Source: Octopus bimaculoides
Lineage: Eukaryota
Direction of reading: 5' to 3'
Length of the DNA stretch: 64,000 nt
Assembly (NCBI RefSeq): GCF_001194135.2
Contig: NC_068984.1
Coordinates: 55,146,113-55,210,112, forward strand
Under the pieces are notes generated by a model. The model was given only the letters and a program-made list of their open reading frames with translations. It had not been told where the DNA came from and did not search any database. The position numbers and the translations under genes were made by a program. Within the stretch, counting starts at the first letter, position 1; each line of letters begins with the position of its first letter. This document shows, one piece after another, positions 1-13,920 of the stretch.

Positions 1-31
1 TTCTGCAAACACTTGTTTCTCTTTTTCACAG

Positions 32-368
32 TTTTCGGCGCACAAATCTTAGTTCTGAGCAACAACTCTATGATTGGGAGAAAGCTGCAGAAAATAAATA
101 TTCGTCAAGGTTTCACATATGTAATATTTTGAACTAAAGAACCTCAAGTAACCGAGGACTTATCAGATTTATGGATTTATCACATACAGAGCCGAAGTAG
201 AAAAAATTTAATGTTACATATTTCCAATATCTAAGATATTCAATGTTCAAAAAGAGAAAGAAGAGAAGGAGATATTCAGCATTGAATATAGAAATAGATT
301 CAGAGACAAACGTACAAAATAGCGAAAATATTCCAAATTTTGACTCGACCTTTAACACCGTGGAATAA
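32..368 (+). CDS. Candidate last two coding exons (32-109, 236-368) of an unidentified host gene
   Basis: Acceptor cttgtttctctttttcacag at 31, AG|GT donor at 110, acceptor tatctaag at 235. Both junctions are phase 2 and the join reads FRRTNLSSEQQLYDWEKAAENKYSSRYSMFKKRKKRRRYSALNIEIDSETNVQNSENIPNFDSTFNTVE*. AATAAA overlaps the stop. No homology recognised; the donor (GTTTCA) is weak. Confidence 0.3.
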
Positions 369-934
369 AAAACAAACTAAAAGTATTTTATTGAAAAAGT
401 AGTTACTATGAAATCGTGGTTTGTTATATAATATTAATCAGATTGTAACACAAAACTGATCTTTAATGTCTTACACATTCTATCGATAGTCTTCATAACA
501 AAGAAAGCAGTAGTTTCTCTTTAAATATAGGTGTGTCTTCTATTATAATGATATAATCTTTTATAATTCTTGTAGTATTTTCATCATGGGGAACGCTCGT
601 TTACTTCAAATAATTGTTATCATACATACAAAAATTCATAGGCATATCTTATTACAAAGAGTAAACAATTGCTGTCGTTGGTTACCTGTTCCCCATGGGT
701 CAACTACTGGGTCACTGTATTTCTGATGAACAGTGTGTCAAGTAAGTTAATTACTTAAGTAGATAGAAGACTGTATTTGAAGTGATTAGGTTTCTCGTTC
801 TTTTCGCTCAAGTTTGCATTATTTGCCGCTACACATTACTGATTCATAGTTCCATATATACAAACAATCATGCATAAACATACGCGCACAAACCCGTGTC
901 TGTTTGTATGTGTGCGCCCGCGTAACTTGTTTCT

Positions 935-1070
935 ATACCTTTTCCGTCTAACACATTTTCCACTTATAAGTTATTAGCCAACCCGAGGCTACGTAGAACA
1001 CACATTCTAAAACCAACCTGTGCCATTGAACACATTAGCGCGTGGTTTCTGAGTGAATTTCCTACCCACA
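935..1070 (-). mobile_element. Decayed 5' part of the CORE-like tRNA-derived SINE
   Basis: ccgaggctacgtagaacacac...cgtggtttctgagtgaatttcctacccaca aligns by eye to the reverse complement of the head of the copies at 48448 and 61264. Confidence 0.5.
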
Positions 1071-1857
1071 ATATCATGATCACAATGAAGAACTTTAATA
1101 GCTGTGGTTTATTGGAGAGCCAGACATTTATATTCAATGTTTCTGTTTAGTTCGCTTTTACTATACAAATACATACAATACAACGATATTAATAACAGAA
1201 TAGTGATAGAAATTTGCAAAACCTCACATAGAACCATTCAATTTGCTTATGGCAATCGCCTTATAATTTATCAATATCTTTATTATTATTTCATTATATT
1301 ACTCATAACCTATTCTGACTCCTAAAGTAGTTTATTACAGATTGCATTATTTCAAGTCGATAGATGACATGCTAATCTCTGGCTAGGATGCTAATTTATT
1401 GCAAGTTTCTTTTGTCAAGAGATTGTTCGAGCAAATGCGTTTCCTTAATCCCACAAGTACTTTATACTGTACCATAATTATAACCTGCATAGCTGTAACA
1501 ATTCTGCTGCTTCTATGTATCATCGAACGAATTATGGAAGACTAAACAAAAGCTACAACTGGAAGTAAACAGATATGCGCATGTAAAAATAGGAATCAAG
1601 TTTTAACAATATTTAGTATGCAAAACGACGAGCGACGAAAGATGACGATATGCAAAACTGTACAAACTGTTAGATGCAGCATACTGTTAGATATAACCTA
1701 CCTTTGAAGTTATTTTGAGACATACAGAAAAGTCTGCAAAAATTTCTGATTGAAAATTCAGAACGGAAGTCACAGTCTGCGACTTGGAAGCTGAAAGAAT
1801 GGAGTTGTTATGAATGCAACAATACAGAATTGCTGAAATTTATCTATCTAAATAAAT

Positions 1858-1950
1858 ACGCGCGCGCGCGCACACACACACACGTATTATGTACTGTGTG
1901 TGGGTGTGTGGGTGTGTGTGTGTTTGCTGTGTGTGTGTTTGCTGTGTGTG
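1858..1950. repeat. (CG)n(CA)n/(TG)n microsatellite
   Basis: Directly visible. Confidence 0.95.
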
Positions 1951-4162
1951 TAATGATCTATGGTTTCCGGTTCAGGTATTTTCAGCGGATAAACATAGCT
2001 AAAATAGTATGAAAAAATTGTGAAGTAATACTAAAAGGGCATCTGTGCTACAAATATGCTGTTATGGCCTAACGAACGGCTACTTAAAATAATCGGTGAA
2101 ATATGAGACAAAGCTCAAAAGCAAAACATATTCTTCAAATGTAAGCCTATTTTCTTATTCACAGTTTCTTCTATAATGACGTAAAGTATTCATACGTCAG
2201 TGTTTATCCTATTCTACTTTCACGTATACTTATTAAAAATAGGCTACACAGGAAATTGCTATACAATATTAATTAACAAGCAGGAAGAAAGTATTAAACT
2301 AAACATGCAAAAACTTCTTTATAGTACATGTCTATCTATAGATATAACAACAACAATCCAACGGAGAAATACCTACGTAGTCGCCCGGGATACTAGGAAT
2401 ACAAATTAAGTCTCTTGCAAACCATGTCTTAACATTTTAACGAAGGTCGCTGACACGAAATAATATAGTTACTCTCATAGAGACTTAGGTAAAACAACGT
2501 CCAGAGTTGGAACGTCTTTGTTCATAGGTCAAATGGGTGCGACCGTGATTTAAACTCGGCAATAACAGTAACACCACACACATAATTTTTTTTTTTAATA
2601 TTGTTTTTCAAAAAAATCGTATCAATAAAATCTTTTCAAAAAAATCTTATCATATGTTTCACATCTTAACTTATTACACTTGCTTTCAAATAAGAGAAAA
2701 TATGTCACCCTGAAAATGTTTCTAAAATATTTTCAACAATATCGAATATTACACACATCTTATATTTTGAAATTGATGTCAAGCCTATTTCCAACGTAGA
2801 TTCATAAATCTTTTTATTTCGAAAATTACGTTTTCAGTCAATTATTTTTTTGGGAAATACATAGCCTCACTTTACTAAAAATTAGGTTCTGTAGCAGATT
2901 ATATGATGAAATTGTTTACATCAGTTATCTTAATTCGTCGTTTCTTTGATTTCTTTTATCCATCATGTTTAAGACCATCATGGATACCCCACTTCAAAAA
3001 CATTAGGCCGCTGAGAGACAAATTAATTTTCCAATACATTTTTATCATAGTATGAGAATTTACTTATAGTATTGCCTCGTAAAATGATTGTAGATGAAGA
3101 AAAAAATATACAGACAAAGACAGAAGGCATAATTATTGTCTAACAAGCATACTCATTATATGATGGATACTTGTCATTATATCTACATCAAGTAAAAATA
3201 ACAGCCACAATGCCTCTAGTCGGGATCTGCTACTTAAGATATTGTAATTCTGTGTTTGAAAAGTCAAGGCATAAATGTAATTAAATTGCTTATAAAATAA
3301 ATTTGTTTACATTTCTTCAATAATATTTTTAGAAAATATACCGCTATAATGAAATTATACAGAAACGTAAAGGCTTAGATCGATTCGATACTCTCTCTTC
3401 CTAATTGATATGTGCTTATTGCACTACTTTGAGCGTTTCGACTTATATCTGTTTTCGCATTGCGATGAGTCAAAATACGTCTTGCGTTTGGCACATATTT
3501 ATGTCTTTCCCTGTTTCAACAAAAAAATTATTTCCACGTTCTTGATAGCTTAGAAAATATTTACAGATTAACAGAAACAAACCATGATCATTTTAAAAAT
3601 AGCAAATAGCATATATATATATATNNNNNNNNNNNNNNNNNNNNNNNNNNNNNNNNNNNNNNNNNNNNNNNNNNNNNNNNNNNNNNNNNNNNNNNNNNNN
3701 NNNNNNNNNNNNNNNNNNNNNNNNNNNNNNNNNNNNNNNNNNNNNNNNNNNNNNNNNNNNNNNNNNNNNNNNNNNNNNNNNNNNNNNNNNNNNNNNNNNN
3801 NNNNNNNNNNNNNNNNNNNNNNNNNNNNNNNNNNNNNNNNNNNNNNNNNNNNNNNNNNNNNNNNNNNNNNNNNNNNNNNNNNNNNNNNNNNNNNNNNNNN
3901 NNNNNNNNNNNNNNNNNNNNNNNNNNNNNNNNNNNNNNNNNNNNNNNNNNNNNNNNNNNNNNNNNNNNNNNNNNNNNNNNNNNNNNNNNNNNNNNNNNNN
4001 NNNNNNNNNNNNNNNNNNNNNNNNNNNNNNNNNNNNNNNNNNNNNNNNNNNNNNNNNNNNNNNNNNNNNNNNNNNNNNNNNNNNNNNNNNNNNNNNNNNN
4101 NNNNNNNNNNNNNNNNNNNNNNNNNNNNNNNNNNNNNNNNNNNNNNNNNNNNNNNNNNNNNN

Positions 4163-4195
<33 letters not shown>

Positions 4196-6439
4196 TTTAC
4201 AAATATGTTTTAAGAGTGTGTGTGTATATATTTGTATGTATATATAATAGTAAACCCATGTATTTGAACACACAATATAAAATGAAATTCCAAAGTTTTA
4301 GCTCGTAACGAAATCCATTATTACAGCAAATAGCAACCTCCAGATTTTCATGTTGCAATCCCTGCCCTTTATTGATGATAAACTATGAAAAAATTTGCGA
4401 AATTAGGGAAAATTTTTATTCATATTTACATACATTCTTAATGATACTCTAAGATACGTCAAATACTGGAAAAGCTATCACTTGTTGACAAGGTGTGCTA
4501 AGATCAAAATATGTCTGTAGTTGTCACTGACCCTACCAAAGTTAAAACACTCTCGTAATTGCAAGCTCTAATGAATTTTAAATCATTTTGGAATTTAGAG
4601 TTATCCTTCTTGCCAAGTACTATTATAAAAACTAATTACTTTTATTTTGAAGGTGGATGTAATTTTAATTAATTGATCTTTTTTTTAGTCATTATATTAG
4701 GTGCTCTAATCCTTATGTATATGAATTGGACGGATTGATTTTTAGATAGCCAATACAATGCTTTTCACAATTGCAATCATACGCAAATGCAAAGCAACTA
4801 ATACCTTATTAAATTCCCAAAAGCCTGATTTTTCAAATATCAGCAATCAATATTACATTCATTTCACACTAGAGCAATTATTCGTAGATGTCAAGTAATT
4901 AGAACCATATTCATTTTACATCGGTCTGTTTGTTTCCATGTGCAAAGTCAGCAAAATTTTATCCATTCCACTTATTGTGAACAAATTACTTGACATTTTC
5001 TGATTAAATGAATTGCTGATGGAAAATCTGAAGCCTTAACTGATCTTAAATAAAACAGTTCCCATTAAAGAATCTAATTCGGGCCATGGAGATGTCGTTC
5101 TGGTAGAACGTTCGCGTTGGGAAATATAGTTAAATGTATTCATTATTAATTTACTGGTTTGATTACTAAGAACCGATATGGTTTATAAGCAGTACAATTT
5201 GTATTAATTTTGATCAGTAAAGTTACTCAATCTAATAGACTGAAAACTTTATTAGATGCCAAATATGATACTAAATCCACCAATAAACTGGGCAATACTT
5301 TATCTTGTATTATATGCAATGATTTAAGCAAACATTTACTTTCTCTTCTTTCTAACGAACATCTATGCCCGAAACAAAAAAAAAACATTTTTTTTCCATC
5401 TGTACTGAGCGTCACGCTAATACGTGCCATATGTACCTCATTGTTGTTTTGTTATTTGTTATTTTTAATGCTCTATTTTTAACGTTCAATTTGTAATGTT
5501 CGATTTGACACTGTGCATATGTGTGTATGCGTGTGTGTATTCCCAGAGTATAGCTGATCATCGATTTCCGTGAAGTCAATAGAACCAGTACAATCAGTAA
5601 GATAGTTGACAAACATTTATTTGACCTTATATACGTAATGGTTTTAAGAATAATGTATGACATTCAATAAGCTTATTTCTAATCTACAAAAAATAAAATA
5701 AAATATTCAGTGATATGAATCATAGATATAATTGATATCATGAATGATATTAAGCAAAAGCGTATCTGACTCGTGCTCTCTTGCTCCTATTTAAATTAGA
5801 TTCGCAATGATGACGAATTGAAGTAAACGGGACTTTTGCTACTGCACATTCCAGTAGGCAATATCAAAATTTATTCATTACATTCCAATTTGTTCTCTTA
5901 CTCCCCAAGTTCGATAAAGTACCTCTCGGATATATGCTATGGTTCATGCAATGTTATGCACACAGCTGTTTACGATTCATATTGTACCTAAATATGAAAT
6001 CAATGTTGCAATGCTGGCGACAAACCAAACCCAACGGTTTGGTAACGCACTAAAGCCACAACTTCAAATATTGACTACATGTGCGTAAAGGTACGAGAAT
6101 CTCCAACCGGGCAACAAATCTATGTCACTAAATCTGTTTTCCAAGAAACTAAAATGGATCTTAGCCCTTATAGAATTTAATTATAAATTTGAAAAACTGA
6201 ATTGGACAAACATATTTTCAGGTTTACATGGAAGGCTCAAATCAAATGGTTGTTTCAAAGACTTTACTGGAGCTTTTCCTTTCATTCAACTCCAGTTACA
6301 TCATTGAAAGGAAAGTCTAGAGCTACTGATTGTTCTGTTACCACTCGCTTCCAAGGTTTCTGCCAATAGCTGAGTGGTGCATACATAGGGTAGAATTTCA
6401 TCACTATTATACTGAGAAAAATGAAACCGGCAGACAGAC

Positions 6440-6609
6440 AGACAAACAGAAAAACACATACAGATACATATATGCACACATGCATACATACACACATGCA
6501 TACATATACACACATGCATACATATACACACAAACACACTTACACCCATCCACACGTCCACACACAAACATATATACATTCATATACATGTATACATGTA
6601 TACTTATAG

Positions 6610-6684
<75 letters not shown>

Positions 6685-6690
6685 CAGAGG
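6440..6690. repeat. Compound (CA/TA) microsatellite followed by (GATA)n
   Basis: Directly visible. Confidence 0.95.
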
Positions 6691-9600
6691 GACAGAGAAT
6701 TTGTCATATATTGTTTAAACGTCTCTAATTGGTTTATACATATTAAAGTACTTTATGCAAGAATTTGCTTTTAATGTGAAACTATTGAGTAATTCTTAAT
6801 ATTTTCTCAAATGTTCTTATCTGAAACATAAGCGAATATAATAATGGAGCAAGGAAGAACCCTGAGCAGAAAATTAATGTAAATGATATACTGACATTCT
6901 ATAAACGGTCGACATTCTAAGGTCTTCTTAAAATATTTACAAGCAAAATCTCTCGAACATTAACATAAGAATTTTAATCAATACTAAATACATAAACGTT
7001 ATAACTACTTTCCAATTTTCTTTATGAATGTTTCAGAAATATGCCAACTCTGCTATTACCTGAGATATCAATTCCAAATATACATCATTAACGAAGAAAA
7101 TTCACGGGTGATGTAACGCGGTTCTAATTTCTTGGCAAATCAAACAGAACTCACATTCCCACTTAATGCCGAATCATTTACATTAATATCGCCGATAAAT
7201 TACATGGCCATCACAACTTTTTGTTTGTTTTTCCCTACATGTCAGATCCGGAGATGTACTTGTTTATTCTAAGTAATTTGTTATTTCATCACCAGTAGCA
7301 TATTTCTGTATGTAATATCTTGAGTGTTGTTGTGACATCATTGCAACATTTTGAAACGGATAAGTTGAAATGTTTTCCCATTCTTTCCTCTAGATACTGT
7401 TTTACAAGAACAGAAAATCGAAGTTGCATTGTGCGTGTGTAATTTATCCGGTGGCATAGGCTTTGTAAATTAAATACAAACGCGAATCAAATCTAAGTTA
7501 TAGAGTCGGTTTGAAAGAAATCTAACATATTTTCAGTATTTGCTAGTAAGCTTTTATTGATCTAAATTATTGATTTCTTTCAAGACCCCATCATATGCAA
7601 CATTAAGCCTTTCTGAAAGCGTTAGAGGTCTATCTTTAATCATTACAATCAACAATCAGATACAGATTACATACATCACTTTGCTTTAGCTAATCTCCTG
7701 TGTATAGCACACATTGTTTATTAAATGATTTCTTAAGATCAAAAACTACATTGATAGAAATGATATAAGTGAATATATGTACTATTTCCTTGATTTAAAT
7801 GTACAAGCCGTCAAACGTCTTTCAACACTTAATGATTATAATCGAAATTTAAGTAGTAACAAGGGATAAGATTTTGGCGAGATTAAACAGTGAATCTATT
7901 TTGTTTAACGTTACTTTAGTTACAGCTTTCGAGGATGAAAAGGACGATGCGGCTAACTACATCCAACAACATTTAAAAAATTCTCAACGAATATCATTCA
8001 AGTCATCAGCAGCTTTCTGAAACTCTTAGTTAACGATTCGATTTCAATAGCTTCAATTTACAAGCGTCAGTAACACCTATGGGGTTTGTATTAGAGTCAC
8101 AAGATAGCTAGAACCGCATCCTAAGATTACTCTCTCTCTCTCTCTCTCTCTTTTAAACCTCGACGAAACGTGATCTAATACTTATTGACACCCTACAAAG
8201 CCTAAGTAAGGATTTCTATGGAGTAATGTAGTACATGAAACAATGCTGCAACTGCTGCTGCGGCACACACATACATCCTAGACTGCCTCCTAGAAGAGAA
8301 CCAGACGTGTAATTAGCATCAGATTTTTAGCTTTTCCATCACTACTATAATGGACTATTCACTTTCAGAGCAGGATGTGTCCATGCCACCTCCATTCATA
8401 CATTTCCGAGCCACTCGCCGTTCGTCTTCGCGACACTTTTCTTATGTCCAACTCACAAATCTCGAATTCTTCAATATATCCTGTTATCGGCACGTTGGAA
8501 CCACCTCTCTGCTCGAATCTCTACCGCATTTCTGGAGATAAAATGAATCAAGAGGAATATCGATAACATCAATTTCAGCGGTGACGGAGGCACTGAAGAT
8601 GCCATGGTTCACTGTTGCTTCAGTCAGATCCAACAAGCAAAGAAAAGAAGCGTGCCTCCTACCTCGAATATTTTAGTTTTAGTCTTATTCGCTAATATCT
8701 TATCGAATATTGGCATAAGCTAGTAGACTTTCTTATGTAACAAAATTTTGACGCAGACCAAAATGAATAGGTAACGATTCCCAATTGAAAAACGATGTGT
8801 TTCTTATATTCATTTTGTTGTAAGCCAATGTTATTCAAAAACTTTCCAAGTACTTCTCTTCATGAAAATTGCATTAGAGTTAGGATGATAATGTTTTGCT
8901 TAACCATGTCCTGAAAGTATTTCCAGTAACCTAAGGCTCCAGTTATGCTTCATTTAGTCTCCGAAGCTACAATTTTAATATTTTCCTTGTATTCATCTGG
9001 TAAACGTGCTCATGCCAATAACTTCCACACGCTTTCTTAGACCATAATATTCACTCTCTAATAGTTTTTCTTCAAGAGTTGTAAGTCGACAGGTGTCAGG
9101 AAAATGGATAAGAAGTAAATTCTTCAAAACCGAGGGAATGAAGACTCGAGCCTAGTGGTTAGAAAACTGATAGTGAAATTGGTATTGAACAAAGATATTG
9201 TAATACCTAGTTTTAATTACATATTTGATGCGTTTTAAGATATCTTATCTATATATTGTTGAAATAACTGCATACACTTTATTTATTTCTGTCATACTAA
9301 AGTGATTAATATTGTCGTTCAAACATTCGTCACTTAATTTGAATTAATAACGATTGGATTACGTCGTTAGTGACATTTTAAAATGATAAACAATGCAATT
9401 TATTACAATATCATGGCAGCACAGCAAAAGCAGCCACAAAATTTACATTCAAATAATTTTTTTCATACATACAATTCATACAGTATATGCATCGACTACA
9501 CATAAAACTTATTCAAATGGAGCATATTCAATTTAAACACGCTAACCGACTGCTATAATTTCAATTCTATATACTCTAGTTTTGCAGCATTTGTAGCATT

Positions 9601-10737
9601 CAAGTTTTAATTCCAACAACTGCGGACATTTTAACCGTACGTTGAAACTAACGCAGACTATTTTTTAAGTTTCCGGTTATACCAATTGAAATCTACAGAA
9701 CTGCAGTATCTAAGGCTAAGAATGGAATAAAGGTTTCTGAAATCAAAAACATATAGTTTATCATTTTCAAAATTAAATTTCGTGTCATCAAGCTATTACT
9801 TTATAAAGGATTCGCACGTGTGTCTCAATATTAAAATTTTAGTGTCAAATTTACCTTTATTCGTTGATGTCATGATTCTCCGCCAGCTTAACAGAAAGAA
9901 GAACGACAAAATTTAATCAATTCTTATTAATTTCCTCATTTGTATAGATAATTCTAGATTGCACACGATGCCTTTATATTTGTCTAATAAAACATAGATT
10001 GAACAGACGATTTATTGATATTTACCGTCTATTACAAAATCTAGACTACACTGTGTAGATATTTTTCGAAGAAAATACATCTAAACGCTAAGTAGCACAT
10101 TTAAGAACAATAATGCTTAAATAACAATGACGAATTATTACAGAAGCTGTGTGTACGTATGCTTCTATTTATGTGTTTGTGTGCGTGCGCGTGTGCAAAA
10201 TGAAGTAATATGACACAAAGTGATGTTAGGCATCACTGGATTTGCAATAGTGTCACATTGCGTTAGTATTTTCTGAAATTTAAATTTGTTATAGCAAACG
10301 GAGTATTAATATATGAGATATTCTGTCATAAATTATTTGAGAAAGTACAATCCATTTATAACGGCCAGAAAAGGTCTCGAGTAATTCAAGGCTTCCATAG
10401 AAAGAACGATTCCCATAGATTCATCATCAAGAGAAAAAAAAACCAGTAGAATAGAAAATAGAAAATCAATTCAGACAGAATTATTATAACATTTGATATC
10501 ATTCTGATATCTCTTGAGAAATAACAAAATCAAGTAAAAGATATAAGGAGAAAGTGTTGATAAATGAGGTCAGTAATATGTAATGGCTGACGCCAACTCG
10601 GAAGGACTCTAGCGCACATCTCTATTCAATATGAACTATATGCAATAAGAAAGAAGACTCACTGTACAAAATCAAATAGTAATGCCTACATTCTAATCTT
10701 GTAAATTGGAACATGATACTCACACCGATAAGAACAG

Positions 10738-10849
<112 letters not shown>

Positions 10850-11344
10850 AATAATGTATTCAAAATTTCAATATTTCAGAATTTATAAGTCTTTGTTGTA
10901 CAAGATTATGAAAATAAGTACTAAGTATAAAATATAGATCATACAACAGAGAGAGAAGAATTATAAATTGTGAAATATATACTAAAAAAGAACTAACGTA
11001 ATGTGTGTGGAATTGGGTGAATGTCAACTCACATTATCAGTAGCTGCTCCAAAAGGAGTTCAAAGTATTACTGTAAATGTATGCTGTGGCTTCCAATCGT
11101 GCAAGGAATGAATTAAATAAAAGAGCCTGTAACTTAAGATAAGTTATATCAATGTTATTGAAAGTAAGAGTACTGCCACTATATGAAAGGTAATTTCATA
11201 AGACAAGGTAAAATGGATTTACCTTAACAGTATTGTGGTATGGGATATAAAGAAGGTTGCATTTTCCTTATAACCATTGCTGAGCATGCGTACGCCGCTA
11301 ACGTTTGAACCAATGGGAAAGACAGAGTTAGTATGGAAGCCCCT

Positions 11345-11420
11345 ACGAGGTTGCTCGAGTTGCTAGAAAAGGCAGTGAAATCTCTTTTCAAGAGTACCCT
11401 GTTTAAACAACTGCAAGAGA
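11345..11420 (+). repeat. Fragment of an unclassified interspersed repeat (motif cctgctagaaatagcagccaaatctccctc)
   Basis: Related motif recurs on the minus strand at about 13550-13600, 39395-39460 and 57560-57600. Confidence 0.55.
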
Positions 11421-11800
11421 ATATTGGACAATGTACCTGTTGATATACCCTAAAGAAATTATTGGCTACATAAGCTGAAATATCAGATCTGATTCCAGCT
11501 AGACATAAACAACATGAATATGTGGTAATCTAAAAGTAGAAAAGAAAAATAAACACGTTTCTAATCCAATGTAGACAAATTTAAACCACTTGGGCAACAG
11601 TAGAAGCATGCAATGATTTCACTCTAGCAGTGGTCTGAAGTTTAACAAAGGAATCTGATTATACTAGCACGGACTTTCTGACTTTACGTTTTGATGTGTC
11701 AACAATGAGAAGACTTTACATGCGCATTGCAAACAATTGCATCGCTGAATATTCGTTTGATATGCAGTTCACACAATAGAGACAAAGATGTCGATGATAA

Positions 11801-11801
11801 C

Positions 11802-11832
<31 letters not shown>

Positions 11833-11883
11833 AATATTGATGGTCATGATGACGATGATGATGATGATGATGATGATGATGAC

Positions 11884-11920
<37 letters not shown>

Positions 11921-12920
11921 GCAAAGGAGTAGGGGTGTACTATTGGTGGAGGTCGGAGTATGAGATAGGAAACTGACTATGATGGCAATAATGATAATAA
12001 TGATGACGATGTTGCAGTTGATGATGATGATGATGATGATGATGTTGACTATACGATGATGATGATCATGATGACTATGATGATGATGATGATCATGATG
12101 ACTATGATGAGATGATCATGATGATTGGGATGCGGACGGAGAAGGTAGTGTTGGTTGTAGTAGTAGTAGTGGTCNNNNNNNNNNNNNNNNNNNNNNNNNN
12201 NNNNNNNNNNNNNNNNNNNNNNNNNNNNNNNNNNNNNNNNNNNNNNNNNNNNNNNNNNNNNNNNNNNNNNNNNNNNNNNNNNNNNNNNNNNNNNNNNNNN
12301 NNNNNNNNNNNNNNNNNNNNNNNNNNNNNNNNNNNNNNNNNNNNNNNNNNNNNNNNNNNNNNNNNNNNNNNNNNNNNNNNNNNNNNNNNNNNNNNNNNNN
12401 NNNNNNNNNNNNNNNNNNNNNNNNNNNNNNNNNNNNNNNNNNGAGGCGGAGGATGGTGGTGGTAGTGGTGGTGGTGGTGGTGGGCTATTGCTGGGGGTGA
12501 TTACATCAGTTATGAAGATGTTAATGATAACAGCAACGATAACAACAATGGTACTGCTGTAAATTTGCTGCTGTTGATGATGTTGCTAGTAGGGATGATG
12601 GTGGTGGTGGTGGTGGTGGGGGGGGGGTTATGAGAATCTATGAAGATGACTTTTATGGCAATATCAAAACCAACGCCAATAACAATGATGTTTATTATGG
12701 TGTTGATGGCGATAGTGATACTGGAAGAAGAAGAAGAAGAAGAAGAAGAAGAAGAAGAAGAAGACGATAAGGAAAAAGAACATAAGGAAGAAGAAGAAGA
12801 AGAAGAAGAAGAAGAAGAAGAAGAAGAAGAAGAAATAGGAAAAAGAAGGTGAAGAAGAAGGAAGCAGAAATAGGAAAAAGAAAGTGAAGAAGAAGTAAAA
12901 GAAGAAGAAGAATAAAAAGG

Positions 12921-12976
<56 letters not shown>

Positions 12977-13008
12977 AGGAGGAGGAGGAGGAGGAGGAGG
13001 AGGAGGAG
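11801..13008. repeat. Mosaic trinucleotide block (GAT)n/(GGT)n/(GAA)n/(GGA)n containing a gap
   Basis: Directly visible; explains the poly-D/E/M/R/H ORFs in the track. Confidence 0.95.
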
Positions 13009-13199
13009 TGGGGGACAAAAATCTGTAGAAATTGACAAAGATTTCTTCAGCTTTAAATTAAAGACTGAAAGCAACAACTGTGAAACACAAAACCTGGAAA
13101 TTAAAGAGAGGGAAAATAGACATTTGTAGTCTTTGTACGTTTTACACGAGCAAACTGCCGTCGTTGTATATTTCCATGTCATTCAGGTTAATGAACTTG

Positions 13200-13430
13200 C
13201 TAAGTTCCCTGAACATTACTCTCTCGAGTCCCTAAAGTATTAGGACCGGTTGCTCGTTACTTTCCATGCTGTATAGGAGACTGAAACCATAGCATTCTCA
13301 CTAAATGAGATACCAGTCCGTAGCAGAGTTACGCATATAGAGCTATGTGAAATGGAGCAACGTGAAAAGAGGTGTTTCACCTTAGAACGATCTAGCATGA
13401 AACATACTAACCACTTGGCTACGCATCTCC
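13200..13430 (-). mobile_element. Decayed tRNA-derived SINE related to the copy at 17280
   Basis: ggagcaacgtgaaaagaggtgtttcacc...actaaccacttggctacgcatctcc; the reverse complement gives an A-box-like head and matches tgtgttcttgagtgagtcattttacattgctctgg at 17360. Confidence 0.55.
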
Positions 13431-13920
13431 GAGGAGGATCATGAACAAATGATGTATTTTATTTATTAATTTTCTGTTCTTTTATTCAGATAATGTCGTG
13501 CGGTCTGTCTTATCCGCTATTGACATTTATGTAAGACCGTAAGCATTGCTTTGAGGGAGATTTCGTTGTTATATCTAGCAGATCATGCGACTACATAAAA
13601 GAGACCGCGTTATCCCAATTTCAAACAGGTATTGAGTGTAAGTAAAGTGCAGTAGAATCAGTTAAGTGCCTAAGAGATATACAAAAAGGTTTTGTGTTAC
13701 GGTTTTGTGGTTAAATAATTCGCTTTGCTAACTTCGGTGCCAGTTCCAGTAGAGTGTGGAATTTGGTAGGCAAAAGTCCACAGGGGGTAGTGATATACAC
13801 TGTCTTATACACAGACGTACACATGCATTCATATGTATACATGCATACATATTATACATTTGTACATATATACAAACATACATATATACATACATATATA
13901 CATACACACATACATACATA

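Noticed and set aside
5210-6307. Several 60-90 aa ORFs and splice-like sites
   Set aside because: No motif, conflicting strands and frames, and no consistent phase chain.
11788-13182. Poly-D, poly-E, poly-M/R and poly-H/P ORFs
   Set aside because: Translations of trinucleotide microsatellites; short, stop-bounded and lacking splice or domain evidence.
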